Assembly (NCBI GenBank): GCA_945929845.1
Contig: CAMEON010000004.1
Location: forward strand, 708 to 64,707
From: an uncultured Clostridia bacterium
GTDB taxonomy: Bacteria; Bacillota; Clostridia; Oscillospirales; CAG-272
DNA length: 64,000 nt
Direction of reading: 5' to 3'
Position 1 is the stretch's first letter; every line of letters starts with the position of its first letter. The notes under the pieces are model-generated. The model ran no database searches, was not told where the DNA came from, and was given only the letters and a program-made list of their open reading frames with translations. The position numbers and the translations under genes were made by a program. Below are positions 35,974 through 46,948 of this stretch, one piece after another.

Positions 35974-36101
35974 GTGAAGGATATCCTCCTGAAACAGTGT
36001 TCTAAAAGGTATACAATGGCTGTGAAAGTCTTTGAAAGGGTCTGTACTCTCCGTAACCCCGGCCACTTCAAAAGAAAACTTTCATTCGGCCAAAAAAGGT
36101 C

Positions 36102-36130
36102 TTGACAAATGCCCGGAGTTGGTATATAAT
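36102..36130 (+). promoter_or_regulatory. consensus sigma-A promoter for tRNA-Gly (TTGACA-17 nt-TATAAT)
   Basis: TTGACA at 36102-36107 and TATAAT at 36125-36130, 19 nt before the mature tRNA 5' end. Confidence 0.7.
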
Positions 36131-36149
36131 AAGGGTGTCGAGCAGGTAA

Positions 36150-36223
36150 GCGGGCATAGTCTAATGGCAAAACTCCAGCTTCCCAAGCTGGTTATGCGGG
36201 TTCGATTCCCGTTGCTCGCTCCA
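36150..36223 (+). tRNA. tRNA-Gly (anticodon CCC), CCA encoded
   Basis: Hand folding gives acceptor GCGGGCA/TGCTCGC (one G-U pair), anticodon arm CCAGC-TTCCCAA-GCTGG, T arm GCGGG-TTCGATT-CCCGT, discriminator T, then CCA. The D stem GTCT/AAAC has one C-A mismatch. Confidence 0.9.
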
Positions 36224-36256
36224 GAAAAACCCAGGTTTACCCTGGGTTTTTGCTTT
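36224..36256. terminator. bidirectional terminator between tRNA-Gly and bioY
   Basis: AAAAACCCAGG-tttac-CCTGGGTTTTT has an A-tract on the left and a T-tract on the right. Confidence 0.8.
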
Positions 36257-36277
36257 TTCGCCGCATGAGCGGTCGCA

Positions 36278-36856
36278 TCAGCGGCTGGCGAAATGATCCT
36301 TCACCAGGCGGACACTGCGGCCAATAGCCACAGCGGCCACGCACTTGAACAGGTCGAAGGGGATGAAGGGGAACACGCAGGCGGACAGAGCGGGAACCAC
36401 AGCCATGTCCATCACGGCGCAGAACTGAATGGTACCGCCAATGTAGCAAACGGCCACACCGATGATGCAGGCGACAATCTCCCACACATAGCCCCACACC
36501 TTGTGCTGGCTGGCCTTGGGGAAAGCCATACGGAGCAGACCCACCAGAGGTGCTACCAGGATGTAGGACCACAGGTAGCCGCCGGTGGGGCCGACCAGCA
36601 CCTGGAAGCCGCCATGCCATCCGCTGAACACAGGCACGCCAACAGCACCCAGAACCAGGTAGAGGGCCACGGACTGGACACTGTCCCGGGGGTCAAGCAC
36701 AACGCCTGCCAGCAGGACGGCAAAGAGTCCCAGGGAGATGGGCACCGTGCCGATGGGCACGGACATAGGTGCCAGCACGCAGATCAGGGCGGCAAAAATG
36801 GCGTTGAATACCATTTGCCGCAGGAGGCGGTGCTTGGAACGGACAGCAGTACTCAT
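36278..36856 (-). CDS. bioY: biotin transporter BioY
   Basis: Start is residue 33 of ORF 36278..36952. The GPTGGYLWSY and FPFIPFDLFK motifs are present. Confidence 0.85.
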   Translation of the reverse strand: MSTAVRSKHRLLRQMVFNAIFAALICVLAPMSVPIGTVPISLGLFAVLLAGVVLDPRDSVQSVALYLVLGAVGVPVFSGWHGGFQVLVGPTGGYLWSYILVAPLVGLLRMAFPKASQHKVWGYVWEIVACIIGVAVCYIGGTIQFCAVMDMAVVPALSACVFPFIPFDLFKCVAAVAIGRSVRLVKDHFASR

Positions 36857-37050
36857 GGGTGTAGGATTCCTTTCTGTTTTGCAATCGTGCAGACTTTGGT
36901 CTGACAAGAAAAATTCCCCTATAGTATAACATAAAAGGGAGTGATTGTGCAACAGCCTTTTACGACAAAATTACAGGCTCTGTCAGCGCATCAAACGGTG
37001 AAATTGCCGGGCTTGACATCCGTAACTCCATTTACGGACTGAACTGTACA

Positions 37051-37300
37051 TTACAGTTCACCTACTTCCCAAGAGGACGCTCCCTTTTCCTCCTTAGAGC
37101 GGGGCGAGGGGTCCCCGCGAAGGCGTTTCATCTGTTTTGGGCAACAGTTATGCTGTCTCCCCTGGAACAATGAATGACAAAAATAACATCAAACAACGCA
37201 TCGAACATAAATATATACACATTTTGAAAGTTCTTGGGGGTCTGGGGGCTTCTTTCAAGAAGCCCCCAGGCGTTCTCCCGTACCCCACCTGAACTGTAAC
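37051..37300 (-). repeat. family D repeat, copy D2
   Basis: TTACAGTTCACCTAC...CCACCTGAACTGTAAC. The reverse complement is collinear with D1. The internal hairpin GGGGGCTTCTTTCAAGAAGCCCCC lies at 37244-37267. Confidence 0.85.
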
Positions 37301-37339
37301 ACTGTACCGGAACAGTTATAAAAAATCAGTCAGAAACCG

Positions 37340-37368
37340 TTGAAAAAAGGCGAAAAGTATGGTATAAT
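37340..37368 (+). promoter_or_regulatory. sigma-A-type promoter (TTGAAA-17 nt-TATAAT)
   Basis: TTGAAA at 37340-37345 and TATAAT at 37363-37368, preceded by TGG. Confidence 0.6.
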
Positions 37369-37405
37369 GAGCGGTGTTGTAAGAGAAGGAAGGACGGTAT
37401 CTACC

Positions 37406-38926
37406 ATGGAGTACAAAGAATCACAGCCGGCCTGCGGCTTGAAGCCGGGGTTTTCCAACGAGAAGTACATTCAGCTTCAGTCTGAAAGGATCCGCCGCCG
37501 TATCGGGGAATTTGGCGGCAAGCTATATATGGAGTTCGGCGGCAAGCTGTTTGATGACTACCATGCATCCAGGGTACTGCCCGGCTTCCATCCGGACAGC
37601 AAGCTGAAGATGCTCTGTGCCCTGCGGGATCAGGCGGAGATCGTCATTGCCATCAACGCCGCCGATATCGAGAGCAGGAAGTACCGGGAGGATCTGGGTA
37701 TCACCTACGACCGGGAGGTCATGCGCCTCATCGACGCCTTCCGCCGGGAGGGGCTGTATGTAGGGTCGGTGGTGATGACACGGTACAATGGCCAGCACGC
37801 CGCCGACGCCTTCAAAAAGGCCATGGAATCCCAGGGGGTGCAGGTGTACTGTCACTACCCCATTGCCAATTACCCGGAGGATGTCAACGCCATCGTCAGC
37901 GAGGAGGGCTTCGGCCGGAACGAGTATATCCAGACCACCCGCTCCCTCATCGTGGTCACTGCCCCCGGCCCCGGCAGTGGCAAGATGGCGACCTGCCTGT
38001 CCCAGCTCTACCACGAGAATAAGCGGGGCATCAAGGCGGGGTACGCCAAGTTTGAGACCTTCCCCATCTGGAACCTGCCCCTGAAGCACCCGGTGAACCT
38101 GGCTTATGAAGCCGCCACCGCCGACCTGGCCGATGTGAATATGGTAGACCCTTACCACCTGGCCGCCTATCAGCAGGTGGCTGTCAACTACAACCGGGAT
38201 GTGGAGATCTTCCGGGTGCTGGACGCCATGATGACGCGCATCTTCGGTGCCTGCCCCTACAAGAGCCCCACGGATATGGGGGTCAACATGGCGGGCTTCG
38301 CCATCTACGACGATGAGGCCGTGTGTGAGGCCGCCCGCCAGGAGATCATCCGCCGGTACTTCAAGGCCGCCTGTGCCCAGTGCCGGAACAACGGAGAGTC
38401 CGGGGAGGTGCGCAAGATACAGCTACTCATGGAGGAGGCCGGCATCATCGAGGCCGACCGGACGGTGGTGCCCGCCGCCCGCCGGGTGGCTGAAAGGACC
38501 GGCCGCCCTGCCACTGCCATCCGCCTGCCGGACGGCCATGTGGTGACCGGCAAGACCACCGACCTGCTGGGTGCCTCCTCCGCCGCTCTGCTCAATGCGC
38601 TGAAGTACATTGCAAACATTGACGACAGCATTGACCTGATCTCCCGGGAGGTCATAGAGCCCATCATGCACCTGAAGACAGAGCATCTGGGCAGCAGAAA
38701 CCCCCGGATGCACACGGACGAATTGCTCATTGCCCTGTCCATCTGCGCCGTCACTGACCCCCACGCCGCACAGGCGATGGAGTCGCTGGGGGGTCTGCGG
38801 GGCAGTGAGGTCCATTCCACGGTCATCCTGGCTCACGCTGACGAAAAGCAGTTCGGCAAGCTGGGAGCCTATGTCACCTGCGACCCGGTGTTTGAGGAGA
38901 AGAGCCTGTACCACGGTCGGGAGTGA
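37406..38926 (+). CDS. DUF1846 (UPF0371) family protein
   Basis: Start is residue 23 of ORF 37340..38926. GFSNEKYIQLQSERIRRRIGEFGGKLYMEFGGKLFDDYHASRVLPGFHPD is the family signature as I recall it. Confidence 0.8.
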   Translation: MEYKESQPACGLKPGFSNEKYIQLQSERIRRRIGEFGGKLYMEFGGKLFDDYHASRVLPGFHPDSKLKMLCALRDQAEIVIAINAADIESRKYREDLGITYDREVMRLIDAFRREGLYVGSVVMTRYNGQHAADAFKKAMESQGVQVYCHYPIANYPEDVNAIVSEEGFGRNEYIQTTRSLIVVTAPGPGSGKMATCLSQLYHENKRGIKAGYAKFETFPIWNLPLKHPVNLAYEAATADLADVNMVDPYHLAAYQQVAVNYNRDVEIFRVLDAMMTRIFGACPYKSPTDMGVNMAGFAIYDDEAVCEAARQEIIRRYFKAACAQCRNNGESGEVRKIQLLMEEAGIIEADRTVVPAARRVAERTGRPATAIRLPDGHVVTGKTTDLLGASSAALLNALKYIANIDDSIDLISREVIEPIMHLKTEHLGSRNPRMHTDELLIALSICAVTDPHAAQAMESLGGLRGSEVHSTVILAHADEKQFGKLGAYVTCDPVFEEKSLYHGRE

Positions 38927-38983
38927 TATACTCATGTATGTGTAGGTCAAAAGATACTATTCCGCAATATTCTGCAATGATGT

Positions 38984-39013
38984 GGCAGGGGCTTCCTGAT
39001 GAGAGCCCCTGCC
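38984..39013. terminator. GC-rich hairpin between convergent genes (possible bidirectional terminator)
   Basis: GGCAGGGGCT-tcctgatgag-AGCCCCTGCC. Neither side has a clear U-tract. Confidence 0.45.
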
Positions 39014-39056
39014 ATGACACTTTCCATAGCATCGTACGCCTGCGCCGCCCGTAGGA

Positions 39057-40703
39057 TCATTCACCGTCTTCTTGGTTGCGGTGGGCGAGGTAATCCTCCA
39101 CTTCGCTCTTGATGACAGTGACTTTAGGGCCGTAGACCACCTGCACGCCGTCGCCCTTGCGGATCACACCCAAAGCCCCCGAGGACTTGAGCATGTCCTC
39201 CTTCACAAGAGACGGGTCGGCGACTGTCACACGCAGGCGTGTGGCGCAGCTGTCCAGATTGCGGATATTGGACTGCCCGCCCAGGCCATCCACGATCAGC
39301 GTGGCTGTGGCATCGGCAGAAGGCGGCGTGGCCGGGGAGGAAGCGGCCTGCTGCTTCTTTTGGTTATAGTCGGCTCGGGTGTAGAGCCTGACTTCTTCCT
39401 CGTCCTGCTCACGGCCGGGCGTGATATAATTGAATTTGACGATCAACAGCCGGAAGATCAGATAGTAGACGATAAAGTAGATCACGCCGACCCAGAGAAT
39501 GTTTACCCAGTTGGTCTTGGCGTTGCCTTGCAGGATGCCGAAAAGCGTCAGGTCAATGATGCCGCCTGAAAAGGTCATGCCGACACCCACCTTCAGGATG
39601 TGCATGAGCATATAGGAAAGTCCCGCCAGGACGCAATGGATCACATAGAGCAGGGGAGCGACAAACAGGAAGGTGAACTCCAGCGGCTCTGTAATGCCGG
39701 TCACGATGGAGGTCAGTGCCGCACCGAGCAGAAGGCCGCCGGCTACCTTTTTCTTGCCGGGCTTTGCCGTATGATACATGGCAAGTGCCGCACCGGGCAG
39801 TCCGAAGATCATGAAGGGGAATTTCCCTGTCATGAACCGCATGGCGGAAATGTCAAAAACTTTGGTGGAGGGGGAGGCCAGCTCTGCAAAGAAAATGTTC
39901 TGGGCACCGTACACGGTGACACCGTCGATCACGGCACTGCCGCCAAGTCCCGTCTGCCAGAAGGGCATATAAAAGACATGGTGAAGGCCGAAGGGGATCA
40001 GCGCCCGTTCGATGATACCGTAGATCAGCGTTCCGCCATATCCGGAACGGGTGACGAGGGATCCCAATGCGTAGATCCCGTTTTGCAGAACCGGCCAGAC
40101 AAAGTACATCAATACCCCGACCAGCATATAGCTCACACCGGAAATAATGGGAACAAAGCGCACGCCGCCGAAAAAGGAGATCACACTGGGCAGTTTGATC
40201 CTGTAAAAGCGGTTGTGCAGGAAGGCGACGCCCAGCCCCACGATGATGCCGCCGAAGACCCCCATCTCCAGCGACTGAATGCCGACCACATTGCCTATGG
40301 TCCCTTCCAGCATCTCTCCCTCCAACTTTCCCGTCAGGGAGAGCAGGGAGGAAATGGTGGCGTGCATGATGAAGAAGGAGATGGCGGCGGAGAGAACAGC
40401 CGTGGCCTTTTCCTTTTCCGCCATGCCCAGCGCAACGCCCATGGCAAAGATAATGGGTAGATTGGAAAAAATGATATTCCCGGCGGCGCTCATCACCGAC
40501 AGGACAGCATGCAGGAAGGTACCCTCTCCCAATAACCATTCCAGACCGTAGGTGGTTATGGTGGTGGTGTTGGTAAAGGAGGATCCGATGCCAAGCAACA
40601 GACCGGCAATGGGCAGAAGGGCTATGGGCAGCATGAAGGAACGCCCGATGCGTTGCAGAAGGCTGAAGACAACTCCCGATTTCTTTTGTTTGATCTCTTC
40701 CAT
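39057..40703 (-). CDS. PTS glucose-family EIICB component
   Basis: Start is residue 36 of ORF 39057..40808 (MEEIKQKKSG). The EIIC N-terminus is LQRIGRSFMLPIALLPIAGLLLGIG. The C-terminal EIIB domain has NLDSCATRLRVTV. Confidence 0.85.
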   Translation of the reverse strand: MEEIKQKKSGVVFSLLQRIGRSFMLPIALLPIAGLLLGIGSSFTNTTTITTYGLEWLLGEGTFLHAVLSVMSAAGNIIFSNLPIIFAMGVALGMAEKEKATAVLSAAISFFIMHATISSLLSLTGKLEGEMLEGTIGNVVGIQSLEMGVFGGIIVGLGVAFLHNRFYRIKLPSVISFFGGVRFVPIISGVSYMLVGVLMYFVWPVLQNGIYALGSLVTRSGYGGTLIYGIIERALIPFGLHHVFYMPFWQTGLGGSAVIDGVTVYGAQNIFFAELASPSTKVFDISAMRFMTGKFPFMIFGLPGAALAMYHTAKPGKKKVAGGLLLGAALTSIVTGITEPLEFTFLFVAPLLYVIHCVLAGLSYMLMHILKVGVGMTFSGGIIDLTLFGILQGNAKTNWVNILWVGVIYFIVYYLIFRLLIVKFNYITPGREQDEEEVRLYTRADYNQKKQQAASSPATPPSADATATLIVDGLGGQSNIRNLDSCATRLRVTVADPSLVKEDMLKSSGALGVIRKGDGVQVVYGPKVTVIKSEVEDYLAHRNQEDGE

Positions 40704-40803
40704 CTCAATGACTCCGTTCTTTTTTTCATGCGGTATCATTCCGTATTTTGTACAGAACTTCATGGGGATATACACCGCAAATGTTCCCGGCAAATTTTGT
40801 GGG

Positions 40804-40841
40804 CGCAAAAAACCGGAGAAGAAACGGGTTCTTCTCCGGTT
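40804..40841 (-). terminator. rho-independent terminator between the CHAP gene and the PTS gene
   Basis: A 13-bp stem, AACCGGAGAAGAA/TTCTTCTCCGGTT, with a 5-nt loop is followed by TTTTTT on the reverse strand. Confidence 0.7.
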
Positions 40842-40923
40842 ACTATTTCGGTCTGAATATGCTGTTGTGTTTCACACTCGAAAAATATGTTGTTATCAAG
40901 GGACGGTTACATACCCGCAAACC

Positions 40924-42447
40924 TCACTCATCCCGCCGCCTCTTCCGCAACAGGGCCAGGGCAGGGAGCAGGAGCAGAGCCGGGGATCCCAGCCCCAGAG
41001 CGGTGGTACAGCCGCCGCTGGAGGATGACTTTTCCGTTGCGCTCTCCCCGGAATCCGTATCTTTGGCGGTGGGGGCGGTCGTCTCCGGTTGCGTTTCAGG
41101 CTGGGTCTCCGGCGGTATCTCGGTGTAGACGGCGTTGACCACCACATCCCCGGTGGTCAGAGTGAACGGCTCCCATGCGCCGGTGTAGCCCTCCTTTTCG
41201 GGAACGGCCGGCGGGGTCACAGTGGGGGCATCCGTGGTGTAGGTGCGGGTGTCTACGGTGATGCCGTCCGCCTGGAAGGTCACGGTGTAGGACAGGGCCG
41301 TGTAGACAGCCTTGACGGTGATGTCACCGGTGGCCGTCCCCAGGGTAAAGTTCTCCCACGCACCGATGTAGCCTTCTTTCTCGGGTACTGCCGGGACAGT
41401 GCTGGGGTTCTCATCCCCCGCAGTAAACAGTACCTCCTCAACAAGCTGTCCGTCCGCTACAAAGGACAGGGTGTACATGGGGGTCAGCAGGCAGAGGTAC
41501 TGGGGCTCCATGTACCCGACGGTCTCCACGCCGTCCACAGAGACCAGCACCTTGGCACGGGTGCCCTTCTTCTCGGTCTCCACAAGATCAAGGAGCTTCA
41601 CCGTGCCGCCCAGGACGGTGTTGGTCAGCCGGGTGTTGTTTTCTGCTTCCGTGGTGATACGAACCATGGCGGAGGTGATGACATAGGTTCCCCGGGGCAT
41701 TCCTTCGGTGTAGGCGTAGTCCAGGGTAGCCTCGGAGCCTTCCTCGTAGGGCGGGGTACCATAACCGATGATGCAGGGGTCATTCAGCGCATAGCAACGG
41801 ATGCCCACTTCGTTGTTGCTGTTGCCCTCGATGGTGTAGATCTTGTCTTCGGTTGTATACAGCACATAGCCGATATGGCCGGAGGTGGTGTTGTTGGCAT
41901 CCCAGTTGAAGAAGATCATGTCGGCAGGCTGGGGGTCGTAGGAGCCCTTGTAGGCGGCGGAGTCCTCAAACATACCGTTGGCCTTGAGCCACTCCACCCA
42001 CTTCCAACAGCCGATCTCCCCATAGCAGTAGTCAATGTGGGCCTGATTCAGTACCCAGTTGACAAAACAGGCGCACCATTCATAGCTGTTGTTGTTGTAA
42101 TTGGGGACAATGAGCCGGGCATACTCTATGTAGTTCCCGCTGCCGCTCCGGTTGGTACCGCTGAATTCCTCCGGGGAATTTCCCTCATGGTAGCCCAGCT
42201 GGGATACGGCGATCCGCAGGACATTGTTCCGTTGATTCTCCGTCAGGGACAGGGAGTGGAAATTCTGGTACCACACCGATGTCATATACGCATCGGAGAA
42301 GGTGTAATCCGGGTCGTTGGTGACCCAGTTCCGTATCTTCACACCGTTGCCGGAGGGCTCCAGTGCCTGAATGGACACCGTGGCCGGCACAGCCAGCATA
42401 AGGACGGACAGGAGGACTGCGATCAGCTTCTGCATAGTGGAGCGCAT
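40924..42447 (-). CDS. secreted CHAP-domain cell-surface protein with two Listeria-Bacteroides-type repeats and a Cys-containing C-terminal anchor signal
   Basis: Start is residue 15 of ORF 40924..42489, after AAGAGG. The signal peptide is ...LLSVLMLAVPATVSIQA. The CHAP motifs are EWCACFVNWV, SGHIGYVLY and TIEGNSNN. The repeat PAVPEKEGY(I/T)GAWE.FTL occurs twice. The tail is SSSSGGCTTALGLGSPALLLLPALALLRKRRRDE, with no LPXTG. Confidence 0.8.
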   Translation of the reverse strand: MRSTMQKLIAVLLSVLMLAVPATVSIQALEPSGNGVKIRNWVTNDPDYTFSDAYMTSVWYQNFHSLSLTENQRNNVLRIAVSQLGYHEGNSPEEFSGTNRSGSGNYIEYARLIVPNYNNNSYEWCACFVNWVLNQAHIDYCYGEIGCWKWVEWLKANGMFEDSAAYKGSYDPQPADMIFFNWDANNTTSGHIGYVLYTTEDKIYTIEGNSNNEVGIRCYALNDPCIIGYGTPPYEEGSEATLDYAYTEGMPRGTYVITSAMVRITTEAENNTRLTNTVLGGTVKLLDLVETEKKGTRAKVLVSVDGVETVGYMEPQYLCLLTPMYTLSFVADGQLVEEVLFTAGDENPSTVPAVPEKEGYIGAWENFTLGTATGDITVKAVYTALSYTVTFQADGITVDTRTYTTDAPTVTPPAVPEKEGYTGAWEPFTLTTGDVVVNAVYTEIPPETQPETQPETTAPTAKDTDSGESATEKSSSSGGCTTALGLGSPALLLLPALALLRKRRRDE

Positions 42448-42639
42448 GACGAAACCTCTTTCAGTTGTGTATTTCCCGGACTCTCGCACCTTCGAGCGAA
42501 ACGACGGGCCCCTTGGGGGTACCCTATTATAACATGAAAGGTTGAATTTGTAAAGACTGTTTTTTGCTTTTCTGGCAGATTTATCACTGGAAAATCAGGA
42601 AAATAGTTACAGACTGCCGCCTCTCCATATCCCGGTTTC

Positions 42640-43152
42640 TCAAAGCTGGCGCTCCCCCCACATATGCTCATGGAGCTGTCCCTCGGTTTGCAGGCCGTCG
42701 AAGTCGTACTGCCGCAGGACCTCATACACGGCGACAGCCACGGAGTTGGACAGGTTGAGGGAGCGCAGATGATCCCGCATGGGGATGCGCAGGCAGGTGT
42801 CCGGGTGGGCAAGGAGCAATTCCTCCGGCAGTCCCCGGGTCTCCTTACCGAACATCAGGTATACTTCCTCCGGGTAATCCACATCCGTGTGACGACGGCG
42901 ACCCTTGGTGGTGAAGAAGTAGACGGCGGCTCCGGGGTGTCTGGCGAAGAAGTCCTCCAGACCATCATAGTAGGAGACATTGAGCTTGTCCCAGTAATCC
43001 AGCCCGGCCCGCTTCATCTTCCGGTCATCAATGGGGAAGCCCAGGGGGCGGATCAGGTGGAGGGAGGCACCGGTGGCGGCGCAGGTGCGGGCGATGTTCC
43101 CGGTGTTCTGGGGAATCTCCGGCTCATGGAGAACGATATGGATATGCGGCAT
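42640..43152 (-). CDS. trmL: tRNA (cytidine/uridine-2'-O)-methyltransferase TrmL (SpoU family)
   Basis: Start is residue 25 of ORF 42640..43224. The product begins MPHIHIVLHEPEIPQNTGNIARTCAATGASLHLIRPLGF. Confidence 0.85.
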   Translation of the reverse strand: MPHIHIVLHEPEIPQNTGNIARTCAATGASLHLIRPLGFPIDDRKMKRAGLDYWDKLNVSYYDGLEDFFARHPGAAVYFFTTKGRRRHTDVDYPEEVYLMFGKETRGLPEELLLAHPDTCLRIPMRDHLRSLNLSNSVAVAVYEVLRQYDFDGLQTEGQLHEHMWGERQL

Positions 43153-43359
43153 GGTGTATCCTTTCCCGGATGCGACGGGCATCCTGATGGCTTCCATTAT
43201 AGTACAAAAGGGAACAAATTGCAAGTATTATCTGAAAATTTACAATTAGGTGCCGGTTCCGTATAAAATTTGTAGTATAATAGAATAGATAGCCGGATGA
43301 GACCGGCCAATGACCCATATCCGTCCCGCCCGGGACGGTCCAAGAAAGGAATCCTGTGC

Positions 43360-46125
<2,766 letters not shown>

Positions 46126-46135
46126 GAAGCGGCAG

Positions 46136-46165
46136 GTCTGAAATAAACTTTTGCTTATTTCAGAC
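46136..46165 (+). terminator. hairpin after secA (weak terminator candidate)
   Basis: GTCTGAAATAA-acttttgc-TTATTTCAGAC forms an 11-bp stem. There is no U-tract. Confidence 0.35.
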
Positions 46166-46193
46166 AGATATTCAGAAAGGACTGGTCACACAT

Positions 46194-46922
46194 ATGGGCT
46201 TCGGACTCATGCTCTGCGGATACTTCATACTCACCTTCATGTCCTTTGGCATGGGGGAGTATGGCTTCGCCGCCTACATCATCGGCGGGGCGGTCAGCAT
46301 GATGGCGGCCGGTAAGCTGTACGAGTATAAGCACCGCTTCGCCCTGTGCGTCGGTACCTCCATAGCCTACATGGTGCTGGGGGTGTATGATGCCGTTGGC
46401 TGTCTGGACACCCTGTTGCTGTGGGAATTGCCCCTGTTCGGCAAGGCGGTCTCCGGGGTGATGGACATCCTGCGCTTTGCCCTGGAGCTGGGTCATACCC
46501 TGTGCCTTCTGTGGGCGGTCATGGAGCTTTCCACCGCCGCAGGGGTGGAGAAAATCCGTGGGGGGGCTATGCGCAATGCCATTCTGACCGGCGTCTGGGC
46601 AGTGGGACAGGTGGTGCTGGTGCTGTTTCCGGCGGTGGCCGCATTTGAAGACCAGACCATAACCAAAATTTTCGTGCTGTTCCAACTCATCTTATACCTG
46701 CTCAATACCTGGCTGCTGTTCCGTGCCTACCAGCTGATCTGCCCGGAGGGGGAGGAGACCGGCAGGGACAGGAAGCCGTCCCGCTTCGGCTTTGTCAATG
46801 CCATCCGGAATAAGCTGGATGAGAAGGCGGAGCGGGCCATGACGGAGACCATGGAGTATCAGGCACAGAAGGCTGCCCAAAAGGACAGGAAGAATCAGAA
46901 GAAAAAGCAGAACCGCCGTTGA
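46194..46922 (+). CDS. multi-pass membrane protein with a basic C-terminal tail, unknown function
   Basis: 242 aa and about 6 hydrophobic segments. It starts MGFGLMLCGYFIL and ends in a K/Q-rich tail. No family recognised. Confidence 0.6.
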   Translation: MGFGLMLCGYFILTFMSFGMGEYGFAAYIIGGAVSMMAAGKLYEYKHRFALCVGTSIAYMVLGVYDAVGCLDTLLLWELPLFGKAVSGVMDILRFALELGHTLCLLWAVMELSTAAGVEKIRGGAMRNAILTGVWAVGQVVLVLFPAVAAFEDQTITKIFVLFQLILYLLNTWLLFRAYQLICPEGEETGRDRKPSRFGFVNAIRNKLDEKAERAMTETMEYQAQKAAQKDRKNQKKKQNRR

Positions 46923-46948
46923 AAAAGCCGGAGAAAGGGGACGGAGTC

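Noticed and set aside
36102-36256. tRNA-Gly considered as an integration hotspot with an adjacent island.
   Set aside because: There is no integrase, no duplicated tRNA 3' end and no direct repeat of the tRNA nearby. The gene has its own promoter and terminator and ordinary neighbours.
37040-37060. The palindrome TGAACTGTACATTACAGTTCA considered as a LexA/SOS (Cheo-type) box.
   Set aside because: The Gram-positive SOS box, as I know it, is GAAC-N4-GTTC. Here the GAAC and GTTC cores are 13 nt apart, and no DNA-repair gene is adjacent. It fits better as paired termini of the family D repeat.
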